DNA of 64,000 nucleotides, from contig JBBRSP010000001.1 of NCBI GenBank assembly GCA_038245295.1, forward strand, positions 59,486-123,485, read 5' to 3'. Shown here piece by piece: positions 19,801-29,068 of the stretch. The stretch is from Candidatus Binatia bacterium. Lineage in GTDB: Bacteria > Desulfobacterota > Binatia > HRBIN30. Position numbers and translations under genes: made by a program. Numbering within the stretch: position 1 is the stretch's first letter; each line of letters starts with the position of its first letter. The notes below the pieces were generated by a model. The model saw only the letters and a list, made by a program, of their open reading frames with translations. It did not search any database and was not told the origin of the DNA.

Positions 19801-21115
19801 AGACCCCCGAAAAATCAGAGTCCGTGACATACAACCATCCGGTTTGCGAATCGAAAGTGACATCCGAAGGGAACGCCATTTTGTCGAGTGCTCGGGCCGT
19901 GCTCCCTTGCGACGTCGTGGTGCAATTCGGCTGACCGAGCACGACGTCCGCCGTTTGCTGAATGATGCCACCAATCCTGGGGAATCGAAGGACGCGAGCG
20001 TTGCCGGAGTCGGCAACCCACATACTCCCAGAGTTGTCGAAGGCGAGCCCGCCGACGGTTTCGAAATGCAAGGATTGGCAGGTGGCGCTGGCGCCGCGGT
20101 TCGCCTGGTTCGCCGAATAGTCGGCTTGGCCCCAGACCGCATCGGCGGTGGAGTCGGTATTGAATGGGTCGTCGAACCTGAGGACGCGATTGTTGTAGAG
20201 ATCCGTGACGTACAGAGCGCCTGCCGCGTCGACCTCCAAATTGGCCGCCATCACGGTTTCACCGATACTCACCTGGGTTGGCGGGATCAGGCAGAGACTC
20301 GTGTTCGATGCTGGGGCACGCGACGGTAGCAGCTGAGCTGTACCGTCGCCGTTGCAAGCGGAAACGTCCACCGCGCTGGGCTGACCGATGACCTTTTGGA
20401 TCTGGATTTCGGCATCTGGAGTACAAGCGCCGCCACCACAGTCTGAATCCGACATGCACGTCGTACCACTCACGGTGCCACCAGTGCAGTTTCCGATGTG
20501 ATCGAATGCGATGATTCGATTGTTGTTGGTATCGGCGATGTAGAGGCGGGTTGGCTGACCGGCGCGCGTGTCAAAAGCCAAGCCCCCGGGCCATTGCATG
20601 ACAGCTGCGGTCGTTTTGGCATAGGCGTTTTGGCCAAAATCCGGCTGGCCAAGAACAATGTCGGCCCAAAGATCGCCGCTGCTACCGCGTTGCGGGCCGT
20701 TGTCGAGCTGCGCCGTTATGCAGTCGGATACGGGGTCGTTTCCGGACGGTCGGTCGGCGACGACCCTGTAATAGTAGGTTGTACCGGGCGCGAGGCTCGA
20801 CGACGTACCGAAGCGGGCTCTATCTGTAGGCAGCTTGCCCGTGTCGCCGTAAGCGTTGGTGGCGCTAGACACATTGTATGTCGTAAACGTCGTGAAGGCC
20901 GACGAGGTGCTACGTTGAATTTGATATTGAGAGATGCCGGCTTGCGGTGCCCAACTTAGCGCGATTTCGATTGTCGTCGACCCGATGTGACGCAAGGCGA
21001 AGCTACCCGCGCCGCAAATTGCGCTCGCCGGCGCAGCAACGGAACCGGCGGCGATGCCGGCAGCCACGACTGCCATCGTCCACGCCTTTCGGATACCCCT
21101 CTCGCACCATCGCAT
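16817..21115 (-). CDS. Giant secreted multidomain protein: signal peptide, fibronectin-III, multiple NHL beta-propeller repeats, a LamG/ConA-like domain, Thr/Pro-rich linkers and a Cys-containing C-terminal domain.
   Basis: 1432 aa. Signal peptide …AAGIAAGSVAAPASA. Repeated …NNRIIAF/NNRVLRFD/NARVLRF/SRVYRV… NHL signatures. LDEIAFYGQALSAERIIAHF is LamG_3-like. Linkers PTPTRDGTHTPTATPTP and ATPTPTFTISATPTSTGAATRTPTVTATTTATRTHTATPSPTHTASPSGT. Confidence 0.7.
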   Translation of the reverse strand: MRWCERGIRKAWTMAVVAAGIAAGSVAAPASAICGAGSFALRHIGSTTIEIALSWAPQAGISQYQIQRSTSSAFTTFTTYNVSSATNAYGDTGKLPTDRARFGTSSSLAPGTTYYYRVVADRPSGNDPVSDCITAQLDNGPQRGSSGDLWADIVLGQPDFGQNAYAKTTAAVMQWPGGLAFDTRAGQPTRLYIADTNNNRIIAFDHIGNCTGGTVSGTTCMSDSDCGGGACTPDAEIQIQKVIGQPSAVDVSACNGDGTAQLLPSRAPASNTSLCLIPPTQVSIGETVMAANLEVDAAGALYVTDLYNNRVLRFDDPFNTDSTADAVWGQADYSANQANRGASATCQSLHFETVGGLAFDNSGSMWVADSGNARVLRFPRIGGIIQQTADVVLGQPNCTTTSQGSTARALDKMAFPSDVTFDSQTGWLYVTDSDFSGVSRVLEFRPGFTTGMSAARALPINLTCDIGGHYTRSQELFIDSVSHALWVGNDCFYLDRFDLDSPSLTKLSTTQVPVLYGSGTDPSGDLLALDKWAGNTGQLLRFRRSLFGQSPSSQLQSAQQVFPKTRAGIGPDDLRFGFGGALYGDQLVVADGHRLLIWNGFDLAFATTHMAADDVLGETDLYTATFQNYFAFPQIVGTELWVMHTQNPKDEILVFSSQLGNCMGGGCKPARTIGLNAAAGFTGYPVLGFPGTLMTTAGADFIDFAATPNGDEVWIADSTNSRVYRVVNLKGLRNVSTGAYVDVILGQPSPTSSGCNGHDSAPTANTLCVPYYVSLDASGNLFVSDNGGEGGSTHRLLEFDASAFPASTGTLALVAPNATRVYGTGGSFTTQGTAASQDPLISPLKPAFSPQGYMILPNNPYAATRYPLLFTAPLASTLPQLALGDFTGFASGSPFFDSEGNLYLYDTDWSRLLIYKTPFEKLTFPNPQPTPTRDGTHTPTATPTPYAGPNYAATVLSDSPTGYYHLGELSGAIAFDSSGGGFHAAYSGSGVGKGLPSLLTSTSDKSISVDGANGAVIAPQTADTAAYTIEAWFKPSGTDSGTMAPRVVVLRVNAGGNYVQELTVQRFGSEARFQHRVFLTSTAELIVTSSRTVTPGQTYHLVGTAANGGFVRLFVNGVEEGTPLPVTTLAAGDHWQMGYAAGGGWSNGFGQLDEIAFYGQALSAERIIAHFSAGSGQAAPATPTPTFTISATPTSTGAATRTPTVTATTTATRTHTATPSPTHTASPSGTVTEIEPPLPTQTPSPTGTPFRCPPEPIVGCRVSLKSSFSLKYATLPTRNSMTWKWTRGATTDTAEFGNPLESTGYTLCIYDDAPAPLLVGQFFVPAARICGTKACGATSRLTGFRYLDRLKAADGILRTRLYSGVAGKASIIMVGKGLALPLPVPLSPTQFLNQAPAVIVQLQKSDGPPCWEASYTASARRNTGTWFNAVTP

Positions 21116-21233
21116 CCGCTTTTGCCCCCGCCTCTTGACCGCATCCGGCTGACGTGTCGGGGAATCTCGCCGATCGTTTGGTGGTAGTCAAGGAAACTCG
21201 TACCCACGAACTCCTATGCTCGCGATCTCGGCT

Positions 21234-22469
21234 TCAACCGCGTTCCAGCGCCGCGACGCATTCCACGTGTTCGGTCTGCGGCAAGAGGTCGAACGGCAGG
21301 AGGTTCGCGGTGCGGTAGCCGTGCTGGGCGAACCAATCGAGATCGCGCGCCAGGGTGGTGGGATCACAGGAGACGTAGGCGATACGTTTGGGCTCGGCCC
21401 GCAGGATCGCTTCGCGGGTGCGCTCGTCGGCGCCTTTGCGTGGTGGATTGAGGGTGATGATGTCGACGCTGCCGAGCAGGTCGAGCAACTTCGGTAACTC
21501 TACGCCGACGTCGCCGCAATAGAAACGCACATTGTGGAAGCCGTTGAGCTTGGTGTTGCGTTTGGCGTCTTGCACCGCCACCGGCGAGGCTTCGATGGCG
21601 AAGACGCGCTTCGCGGTGATGGCCAGCTGGAAACTCAGACCGCCGACACCGCAGTAGAGGTCGATCGCCGCCGACTCGGCGTCGGGCGCCGCCCACTTCG
21701 CCGCCGTCTCGTACAGGCGTCGTGCGACCGGCACATTGGCCTGCAGGAAGGCGCCGGGGTTGGTGATGAACTTGAACGAGCCGACACGTTCGGTGAGCGT
21801 CGGCTCGCCGGCAAGCTGAACATACTCCCTGCCAAGGATGACGTTGCCTGGATCGTCGTTGATGTTCTGCACGACGCCGGTGACGCGCGGCAAGGCGGCG
21901 ATGGCGCGTGCGAGTTGGCGTCCCTGCGGGATCGTGCGTTCGGCCGAGACGAGAATGACCTGCACCGACTTCGACCACGTGGCGGCGCGCACCACCACAT
22001 AACGTAACCAGCCGTGGCGCGTGCGCTCGTCGTAGGCCAGCACCTTGTGGTCATCGAGCACCGCGCCGAGACGGGTCAGTACGTCGCGGATCAGGGGATG
22101 ATGCACGGGGCACTCGCTGATGTCGCTCACCTGATGTGTGCCGGGTCGGTAGATGCCCAGCAATAGGTTGCGTCCGGCTCGCCGCACGACGAGTTTGGCC
22201 TGATTGCGATAGCCGAACGAATGCGGCGCGCCGACCACCTCCGGGATCTCGACATGGCGCAGAGACTCGTAGGCGCCGAAGGCGTCAACGACGCGCTGCT
22301 GCTTGAAGGCCATCTGCTCACGGTATGGCTTGCCGATCAGCGGACAACCGAAACAGCGCGGGTAGTGGGCGCAGGGTAGGGCGTTGGTAGCTGGTGTTGG
22401 AGGGCTCATGGGGGCGTGTGCTTGTAAGTTGCTGATAGCACACGCGCAAGAAGTGCGGACCGTTGCCAC
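21234..22469 (-). CDS. rlmD: 23S rRNA (uracil-C5)-methyltransferase, RlmD/RumA (TrmA) family.
   Basis: Cys cluster CAHYPRCFGCP, then DLYCGVGGLS (motif I), ITLNPPRKG and YVSCDPTTLARD. The start may be the downstream ATG (MSPPTP…). Confidence 0.8.
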   Translation of the reverse strand: MATVRTSCACAISNLQAHAPMSPPTPATNALPCAHYPRCFGCPLIGKPYREQMAFKQQRVVDAFGAYESLRHVEIPEVVGAPHSFGYRNQAKLVVRRAGRNLLLGIYRPGTHQVSDISECPVHHPLIRDVLTRLGAVLDDHKVLAYDERTRHGWLRYVVVRAATWSKSVQVILVSAERTIPQGRQLARAIAALPRVTGVVQNINDDPGNVILGREYVQLAGEPTLTERVGSFKFITNPGAFLQANVPVARRLYETAAKWAAPDAESAAIDLYCGVGGLSFQLAITAKRVFAIEASPVAVQDAKRNTKLNGFHNVRFYCGDVGVELPKLLDLLGSVDIITLNPPRKGADERTREAILRAEPKRIAYVSCDPTTLARDLDWFAQHGYRTANLLPFDLLPQTEHVECVAALERG

Positions 22470-22531
22470 GAATCAATCGACGCTGCTGCCGGTTGATTGC
22501 GTATCGGCGCCAACCCTGACAGCGTGCGCCG

Positions 22532-24397
22532 GTGCTCGCGCCGATCTTGTCTCTAGCGATCGTTGCCTTCTACGTTTGGAGCGTCTGGCGTTTGCTCCGC
22601 CATGAATCACGGGAGTTCCATCTCGTCCTCCTCGTGATCGTCATACTGGCCCTGGCGCTGCGTCTGGCCTATCTCGGCGACTATCCCCCCGGCCTCAATG
22701 AAGACGAAGTAAAGGGTCTGGAGCGCGGCCAGGTGGCACTCAACGAAGGCACCCTCTTTGGCCGCGGCGTCGAAGGGCCGATCCTCTTGAACGCCCTCTT
22801 CATGTCGCAGCTCTTGCCGCTGTTGGGTCCCGTGCGCTGGGCCGTGCGCGGCTACTCCTTTGTCGGCGGGATTCTCGCCTGCGCGGTGATCGCCGCGGTC
22901 GGACGCGCCATGCGGCTGGGCCGCGTCGCTTCCCTGGTGGGCGCCGCTCTGGTTGCCGTTTTGCCGGTTTTCAATTTCTACAGCCGTGTCGCGTGGGGCG
23001 GCGAGCTGACGTTCCATCAGGCGCTGCTGCTCGCGGCCCTAGCCCGTCTGATATGGCAAAATGGCAACCGCGGCGATGTTGTCGTGGGTGGCGTCGCCAG
23101 CGGTCTGCTGCTGTGGGACTACGCCGCCGGCCGCTCGATGCTCGCCATGCCGATTCTGGCAGCAGCCCTGGCAAGTGGCATGAACAGTTTACGCTGCCTG
23201 CTCATTCCCCTTGGTGGCCTCCTCGTCTGGAGCCCCTATCTAGCCGGGTTTTGGCTCTGGGTGCGCGATCAGTTCGGCGCCACACTCGATCCAGGCTACC
23301 ATGACTCGACGCTCACCACCGTGGCTCGCAAGTTCGTCGGGGCACTCGACGCACTGACACGACCACGCTCGCGGACCGGCTGGATGAGCATTCCAAGCGG
23401 CGCAACGTTTCCCTGGTTGGCTCTCGGATTAGCCCCCCTGGGCTTTGTGCGGAGCTGGCGTCATGCGGTGTTCTTGCTCGGCGGGTTCTGCCTCGGCCTG
23501 ACACCCAGCTTGCTCAGCGAAGGCACGGCGCCGAGCGCTCACCGCATGCTGATGGCCTACACCTTCATTCCATTGGCCATCGCTTGTGGAATCGATGCCG
23601 TGCCGCGGCCGCGGCTGCGCTGTTGGGCCGCTGTGTCGTGTGTTGCCGTGCTTGGCGTGCTGAGCGTGCGGTCCTTCTTCTCGGCAACATACTGGGACAA
23701 CGAGTCCCAGGCCGTTTTCCCGCGCGACCGCACCCTCCTCGCCGAGACCGCCGAGCGCAACCCGGCGGTGCGCAAGATTGTCGACGGGGGCATCAAGTAT
23801 CATTGGGGTTTGCGCCGCCTCAGTGCCAAGGATTCGGAGTTGCTATCAGTCGAAAACTGGCTGCCGCCAACGGGTGTGCCGCTGCAGTACGTGATGGGAC
23901 CGCACTCCAGCGCGCTGCGCGCCTTTTACCTCGATCTCTTTGGCAGCGAGCGCATGACGATGATCGGCCAGGGCTTTCTGTTGCGTCTCGAAGCCGCCGA
24001 TTGGAGGTGGATCGAAGCGCACGGATGGACCTACCGCGCGACTTGCGAGGCTACCGTGCGTCAAATCCATGTGCCGACGTTGCATCAACGGGGCATTGGC
24101 TTCCGCGATCTCGCTTGCCCACACGGGGCGGATCACGAGTGGCGCGCCCGCTGGAACGGCCCGCGTGAGTGGGTCGCCGTGACCTTCTCGGGCGACCTCG
24201 GCGTTGAAGTGAATGAACGGCTGGTGGCCGAAAAACACGGGGAAGAGCAGGAGCAAACCTTTGAGCTCGTCCCAGGCGACGACGTTCGCCTTCACTTGCA
24301 CACCGAGGGCCTGTGGCCCGATGTCAAGCTGTTCGAAATGTCGCCGCAAACCCGCCGCCTGCCGCGCTGGGAATCGGCTACGCCGATCGATCCCTAG
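22532..24397 (+). CDS. GT-C fold membrane glycosyltransferase (ArnT/PMT-like).
   Basis: 621 aa, many TM segments. The first periplasmic loop carries YLGDYPPGLNEDEVKG, a DE motif of the kind PMT/ArnT enzymes use for catalysis. GTG start. Confidence 0.55.
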   Translation: MLAPILSLAIVAFYVWSVWRLLRHESREFHLVLLVIVILALALRLAYLGDYPPGLNEDEVKGLERGQVALNEGTLFGRGVEGPILLNALFMSQLLPLLGPVRWAVRGYSFVGGILACAVIAAVGRAMRLGRVASLVGAALVAVLPVFNFYSRVAWGGELTFHQALLLAALARLIWQNGNRGDVVVGGVASGLLLWDYAAGRSMLAMPILAAALASGMNSLRCLLIPLGGLLVWSPYLAGFWLWVRDQFGATLDPGYHDSTLTTVARKFVGALDALTRPRSRTGWMSIPSGATFPWLALGLAPLGFVRSWRHAVFLLGGFCLGLTPSLLSEGTAPSAHRMLMAYTFIPLAIACGIDAVPRPRLRCWAAVSCVAVLGVLSVRSFFSATYWDNESQAVFPRDRTLLAETAERNPAVRKIVDGGIKYHWGLRRLSAKDSELLSVENWLPPTGVPLQYVMGPHSSALRAFYLDLFGSERMTMIGQGFLLRLEAADWRWIEAHGWTYRATCEATVRQIHVPTLHQRGIGFRDLACPHGADHEWRARWNGPREWVAVTFSGDLGVEVNERLVAEKHGEEQEQTFELVPGDDVRLHLHTEGLWPDVKLFEMSPQTRRLPRWESATPIDP

Positions 24398-24400
24398 CCT

Positions 24401-25315
24401 TCAACCGCCAAGCAGGTCGCGCGCCAGGCTCCGGCTGCCGCGACGCGCCAGTGTCTTATGGAGGAAGGCCGCGATCTCGCGCGGTTTCGGGTGGCGTAAC
24501 ATCTCGACGAGCACCTGCCGCGTGTAGCGGCGCACCGAGCGCCGGTGGCAGGCCAAGGCCGTCGGGTCGTTGTCGTACTCGGGGAGAATTTCGTGGTCGA
24601 AGTGTGCATGTCCGTCGGTGCCCGCAACCAGCGTGGCGCTTTCGCGTGGGCCGCGACGCCACGCGGTCGCGGCGATGTAACGGATGGCGAGTCCGGCACG
24701 CAGCTGATCCGACGGATTCGCTGGCGAGCCGTGAATCATTCGGAGGTCGTGCAAGGACGCTTGTCCGGCACGCAGTTGCATGGCCACGGTGTCGCGTTCG
24801 TTGATGTGCGTATCCAACGATTGGCCGCGCAGCAGCGCGTTGTGCTTGTCGAAGTTTACCCGATGGCGCTGCTCGGGCGCCCGATGTGAGCCGGGGACTA
24901 CCGAAACGCAGCCGTTGGCCGTGGTGCTGTCCGTCAGGGCCACCCAGGCGGTGAGGACTTCGTTGCCGGCGAACTTCCAATAGACCGAATCCTGGTGCCA
25001 CGGCACGTGTTGAGGATCGCCCCCTGCCTTGATGAAGAACGTTGAGCGCCAGACGAGCACATCGGGGCCGAGCAGATCGCTGGCGGCACCAATGAGTGCC
25101 GGGTGACGCACCAAATCGGCGGCCCACTTGAGATAGAGATGCGGCTTGTGTCGGTGTGCCGGAGACAGCGGCAAGCCATTGGCGGCAAGCAACGAACGAA
25201 ACGCGGCTTGGGTTGCGGCGAGAGTCGCGCCGCTCAGGACTTCGATCGGATAGAAATAACCGTCGGCGCGATACTGGGCGAGGGCGTCATCGGCGAGGCG
25301 GCGCGGTACCGCCAT
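24401..25315 (-). CDS. Phytanoyl-CoA dioxygenase (PhyH) family Fe(II)/2-oxoglutarate oxygenase.
   Basis: HQDSVYW…H facial triad and PhyH-like length and layout. The track begins at a TTG at 25321; the ATG at 25315 overlaps the stop of the upstream cupin gene by 1 nt. Confidence 0.7.
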   Translation of the reverse strand: MAVPRRLADDALAQYRADGYFYPIEVLSGATLAATQAAFRSLLAANGLPLSPAHRHKPHLYLKWAADLVRHPALIGAASDLLGPDVLVWRSTFFIKAGGDPQHVPWHQDSVYWKFAGNEVLTAWVALTDSTTANGCVSVVPGSHRAPEQRHRVNFDKHNALLRGQSLDTHINERDTVAMQLRAGQASLHDLRMIHGSPANPSDQLRAGLAIRYIAATAWRRGPRESATLVAGTDGHAHFDHEILPEYDNDPTALACHRRSVRRYTRQVLVEMLRHPKPREIAAFLHKTLARRGSRSLARDLLGG

Positions 25316-25836
25316 CACCAACCGCGCGACATGTCGAACTTGAACGGGATGCGGTCATTGTCGAGGGGCAAACGCAGCTTGTCCGGATCGGTGTGGTCGA
25401 ACGGTACGGTCTTGAAGTTGACGGCGATGACGTCGCTGCTGCCGAGATTACGATCGGCATGCCAGATTCCCGGCGGGATATTCATGATGCGGCGTCGGTA
25501 GGATGACAGGACAACCCGCGCCACCAACCCGAGCGTCGGCGATTGTGGGCGCTCGTCGTACAACACCAACTCCATCTCGCCGAACATTACGAAATAGCGA
25601 TCTTCGGTCTTCTCGTGCAGAGACCAGCCCTTGATCATGCCGGGACGGATCGTAAACGCGTAGGCGAACGTGCATGGCTCGGACAGCAATCCCCAGCGTA
25701 AATCAAAGATCTCGAAGACCTCGCCGCGTGCATCGCCGTGGGTTTGCACGTCGTGGAAATGCACGCCATGCGGCAGTGGGGTGATGGGTTCTCCCGCTGA
25801 CGTCACCGTCTGGCGATCCTTGCTTGGAGCATTCAT
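25315..25836 (-). CDS. RmlC-like cupin (dTDP-4-dehydrorhamnose 3,5-epimerase family sugar-nucleotide epimerase/isomerase).
   Basis: The internal ATG at 25836 forms an ATGA overlap with the GT2 stop. GMIKGWSLHEKTEDRYFVMFGEMELVLYDERPQSPTLG, IPPGIWHAD and FDHTDPD follow the RmlC pattern (G.LRGLH…K.V…G.V.DV.VD.R..SPTFG / IP.GFAHGF / .nDP). Confidence 0.6.
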   Translation of the reverse strand: MNAPSKDRQTVTSAGEPITPLPHGVHFHDVQTHGDARGEVFEIFDLRWGLLSEPCTFAYAFTIRPGMIKGWSLHEKTEDRYFVMFGEMELVLYDERPQSPTLGLVARVVLSSYRRRIMNIPPGIWHADRNLGSSDVIAVNFKTVPFDHTDPDKLRLPLDNDRIPFKFDMSRGW

Positions 25837-26696
25837 GCGATTGGCGTGCCCTCTTGCGGGCGCGTTGTAAGCCGCTGGTACCAGAAGCGCAAGAATTTTG
25901 GACCCGACCGTAAGCCGAACAACAGGAAGTCGCGCCACTGGCGTTGGCGTATTTCCCATGAGCGGTGCCGGTCACCCGAGCGCATGCGCAGCGATGCTAC
26001 CCATCTGGGGTCTTCGAGCAAAGCCAAATATTTCGCCTGCGGCGCCTCGCGGCTGAGGTCGTAGTGCCGGTCCCAGTGCAGCGCATAAAAACGCAAGACG
26101 GTCAGATGATCGATGTACGCGGATGGTTGCTCGGACGTCCGCACCCGATTGTAGAATTCGCGATCGCCGAAGCGCACCAGTTGATCGTTCCAATATCCGA
26201 CGGCGGCGAAAACATCGCGCCGATGCACGCAGTTCACCGATCCCATGAACCAGTTGCGCAGAAAGCGCTGGGCGAAAGGGCCGCGCCAGTCGAAGGCGAA
26301 GAAGTACGGATCGAGAGTGTCGGGCACCTGCACGGGGCACGAGCGCATCGCCACCAGACTCAGACGACGGTTTTGCAGCGCCGCTACCGCCGACTCCAGA
26401 TGATCGGTAAACCACAGATCGTCATCGTTGCAGTAGGCGATGATTGGCGCGTTGGTCTCGGCGAGCACTTGGTTGCGATGCGCGTAGCCGAATCCCCGAC
26501 CCTTCGAGAATCGATAGAAGCGCAGACGCTCGTCGTCGAAGCGGCGCACCTGTTGCTCGGTTGCGTCGTCACAGCCGTCGCCGATGACATGCAGCGTGAA
26601 GTGTTTGTAGGTCTGCCGCAACACCGACTCGATTGCATACCCGACGGTGTGCGGACGCTTGAACGTGGGTAGGATGATATCGACGGCGTCGCTCAT
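25833..26696 (-). CDS. Family 2 glycosyltransferase.
   Basis: ILPTFKRP…DGCDD (DxD-type) architecture of GT-A fold GT2 enzymes. The ATG at 26696 forms an ATGA overlap with the moaC stop. Confidence 0.75.
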   Translation of the reverse strand: MSDAVDIILPTFKRPHTVGYAIESVLRQTYKHFTLHVIGDGCDDATEQQVRRFDDERLRFYRFSKGRGFGYAHRNQVLAETNAPIIAYCNDDDLWFTDHLESAVAALQNRRLSLVAMRSCPVQVPDTLDPYFFAFDWRGPFAQRFLRNWFMGSVNCVHRRDVFAAVGYWNDQLVRFGDREFYNRVRTSEQPSAYIDHLTVLRFYALHWDRHYDLSREAPQAKYLALLEDPRWVASLRMRSGDRHRSWEIRQRQWRDFLLFGLRSGPKFLRFWYQRLTTRPQEGTPIA

Positions 26697-27199
26697 TTAT
26701 TGGACCGGAATGCTCCGCTACGGCCGCCGCTCTTCTCCATCAATCTGACCTCGGTGATGACCATCCCACGATCGGCCGCCTTGCACATGTCGTAGATCGT
26801 CAGTGCGGCGACACTGACGGCCGTCAATGCTTCCATTTCAACGCCCGTGCGGCCGCTCACCTTCACCGTTGCCTCGATCTGCAGACGACCACGCCCCGCG
26901 ACCGTGAAGTCGATATTGGCTACCTGAATGGGGAGGGGGTGACACAAGGGGATCAGATCGGACGTGCGCTTGGCCGCCTGAATGCCGGCGATGCGCGCCA
27001 CGGCCAATACTTCGCCTTTGGCGATCTTGCCGCTCTGGATCAGGAGCAACGTGGCCGGTTGCATGACCACGACGCAGCGCGCGACGGCGACACGTTCGGT
27101 GATCGGCTTGTCTCCGACATCGACCATGCGGGCGCGGCCCTGCGTGTCGATGTGAGAGAGGGCGGGGGGTTTTGTCTGACGTCCGGGTCGCGTCGGCAT
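26693..27199 (-). CDS. moaC: Cyclic pyranopterin monophosphate synthase MoaC.
   Basis: Near-colinear with E. coli MoaC (HMVDV…[21 protein letters not shown]…[22 protein letters not shown]…SGG.SG). Trimmed to the ATG at 27199. Confidence 0.85.
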   Translation of the reverse strand: MPTRPGRQTKPPALSHIDTQGRARMVDVGDKPITERVAVARCVVVMQPATLLLIQSGKIAKGEVLAVARIAGIQAAKRTSDLIPLCHPLPIQVANIDFTVAGRGRLQIEATVKVSGRTGVEMEALTAVSVAALTIYDMCKAADRGMVITEVRLMEKSGGRSGAFRSNK

Positions 27200-27336
27200 A
27201 CGGCGTGTATAGCGAAACCTCGCGGTGAGACGCGACCTCCGGCCGCGATAGCTGGCGAAGGATTCGCAGCCCGCCGCATGCGAGGCTGGACCTACCTGGG
27301 TTGCCGAAGCCAACGTTCAACCCTACCTTGGCGCGT

Positions 27337-28278
27337 ATGCCACACCACAAGCTGATCATCATTGGTTCCGGACCCTCTGGCCTGACGGCGGCGCTTTATG
27401 CGGCGCGCGCCGACTTGGCTCCCGTCGTCATCGAGGGATCGCAGCCCGGTGGTCAGCTGACCATTACCACCGAGGTCGAGAACTATCCCGGCTTCCCGGA
27501 AGGGTTGCAGGGGCCCGAGATGATGGACCGCTTTCGCGCTCAGGCCGAGCGTTTCGGGACGCAATACATCTACGGCGACGTCTCGAAGGTCGAGTTGGCG
27601 CAGCGGCCGTTCAAGCTGCTGGTTGGCAAGGACACATTTACCTGCGACGCCCTGATCATCTCGACCGGCGCTTCCGCGAAACTCCTTGGACTGGAATCGG
27701 AGAAACTGTTGATGGGGCATGGCGTGTCGGCCTGCGCCACCTGCGACGGTTTCTTTTTCAAAGGCAAAGAGCTCGTCGTGGTAGGTGGCGGTGACACGGC
27801 GGTCGAGGAAGCACTCTACCTCACGAAGTTCGCCAGCAAGGTGACGATCGTTCACCGGCGCGACGAACTGCGTGCATCGAAGATCATGCGCGACCGAGCC
27901 CTCAAGAATGACAAGGTCGCTTTTGTCTGGGACTCGATCGTCGAAGAGATCCTGGGTGCCGCCGACAAGACAGGTGTCACCGGCGTGCGCCTGCGCAACG
28001 TCAAGACCAACACGGTCAGCGAGTTCAAGACCGATGGTGTCTTCATGGCCATCGGCCATCAGCCCAATACACAGCTCTTTGTCGGCCAACTCGACATGGA
28101 CGAGACCGGCTACCTGCTTACCCAGGCCGGCGGTACGGCAACCAACGTCGAAGGCGTGTTTGCTTGTGGCGACGTGCGCGATCACGTTTACCGCCAGGCC
28201 ATTACGGCCGCCGGCTCGGGCTGTATGGCGGCAATCGATGCGGAGCGCTGGCTGGAAACAAAAAAGAGTGAAGAGTAA
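27337..28278 (+). CDS. trxB: Thioredoxin-disulfide reductase.
   Basis: IIIGSGPSGLTAALYAAR (FAD), active-site CATCDG and GGGDTAVEEALYL (NADPH). Confidence 0.9.
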   Translation: MPHHKLIIIGSGPSGLTAALYAARADLAPVVIEGSQPGGQLTITTEVENYPGFPEGLQGPEMMDRFRAQAERFGTQYIYGDVSKVELAQRPFKLLVGKDTFTCDALIISTGASAKLLGLESEKLLMGHGVSACATCDGFFFKGKELVVVGGGDTAVEEALYLTKFASKVTIVHRRDELRASKIMRDRALKNDKVAFVWDSIVEEILGAADKTGVTGVRLRNVKTNTVSEFKTDGVFMAIGHQPNTQLFVGQLDMDETGYLLTQAGGTATNVEGVFACGDVRDHVYRQAITAAGSGCMAAIDAERWLETKKSEE

Positions 28279-28293
28279 ACGGGGCTTTCACCC

Positions 28294-29064
28294 TTATTTC
28301 GTAGTGCGTACGGCTACGCCGCGTTCGAGCAGGTAATCCTTGCACTGGTGTACGGTGTATTCGCGATAGTGAAAGATCGACGCGGCGAGTGCCGCGGTGG
28401 CGCCGCCGGCGGTGAGCCCTTGATAGATGTGCTCGAGGTTGCCGACACCGCCCGAGGCGATCACTGGCACGTGCACCGCATCGGCGATGGCCCGGGTTAG
28501 CTCGATGTCGTAGCCGCCTTTGGTGCCGTCACGATCCATGCTGGTGAGCAGGATTTCACCGGCCCCGTAGCGCTCCATTCGTTGAGCCCATTCGATCGCT
28601 TCCAGCCCGGTCGGCTTGCGCCCGCCGTGCGTGAAGACCTCCCAGCGCTGCGGGCTGCCCGGCACACGCTTGGCATCGATGGCGACGACAACGCATTGGC
28701 TGCCGAACTTCTCGGCCGCCTCGCGCACGAACTCAGGTCGGTTCACCGCCGCTGTATTGATCGACACCTTGTCGGCGCCGGCCTTCAGCAGATTGCGGAC
28801 ATCCTGCGCTTCGCGCACGCCGCCGCCGACCGTGAGCGGCATGAAGACCGTGTCGGCCGTGCGCGCCACGACATCCAGAATAATCCCGCGTTGTTCGTGC
28901 GACGCGGTAATGTCGAGGAAGGTCAACTCGTCGGCGCCTTCGGCGTCGTAGCGCTGCGCCACTTCGACCGGATCGCCGGCATCACGCAGGCCGACGAAGT
29001 TGACGCCTTTGACGACGCGTCCGTCTTTGACATCGAGGCAGGGAATGATGCGCTTGGCCAACAC
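28294..29064 (-). CDS. hisF: Imidazole glycerol phosphate synthase cyclase subunit HisF.
   Basis: [20 protein letters not shown]… is the canonical HisF N-terminus; TIM-barrel length. Confidence 0.9.
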   Translation of the reverse strand: MLAKRIIPCLDVKDGRVVKGVNFVGLRDAGDPVEVAQRYDAEGADELTFLDITASHEQRGIILDVVARTADTVFMPLTVGGGVREAQDVRNLLKAGADKVSINTAAVNRPEFVREAAEKFGSQCVVVAIDAKRVPGSPQRWEVFTHGGRKPTGLEAIEWAQRMERYGAGEILLTSMDRDGTKGGYDIELTRAIADAVHVPVIASGGVGNLEHIYQGLTAGGATAALAASIFHYREYTVHQCKDYLLERGVAVRTTK

Positions 29065-29068
29065 GGTG

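Noticed and set aside
17714-20329. Long plus-strand ORFs (338, 198, 156 and 220 aa) inside the giant minus-strand gene.
   Set aside because: They are antisense to a gene with clear domain content. Their translations are Arg/Gly/Pro-rich low-complexity text typical of high-GC reverse-frame read-through, with no motifs.
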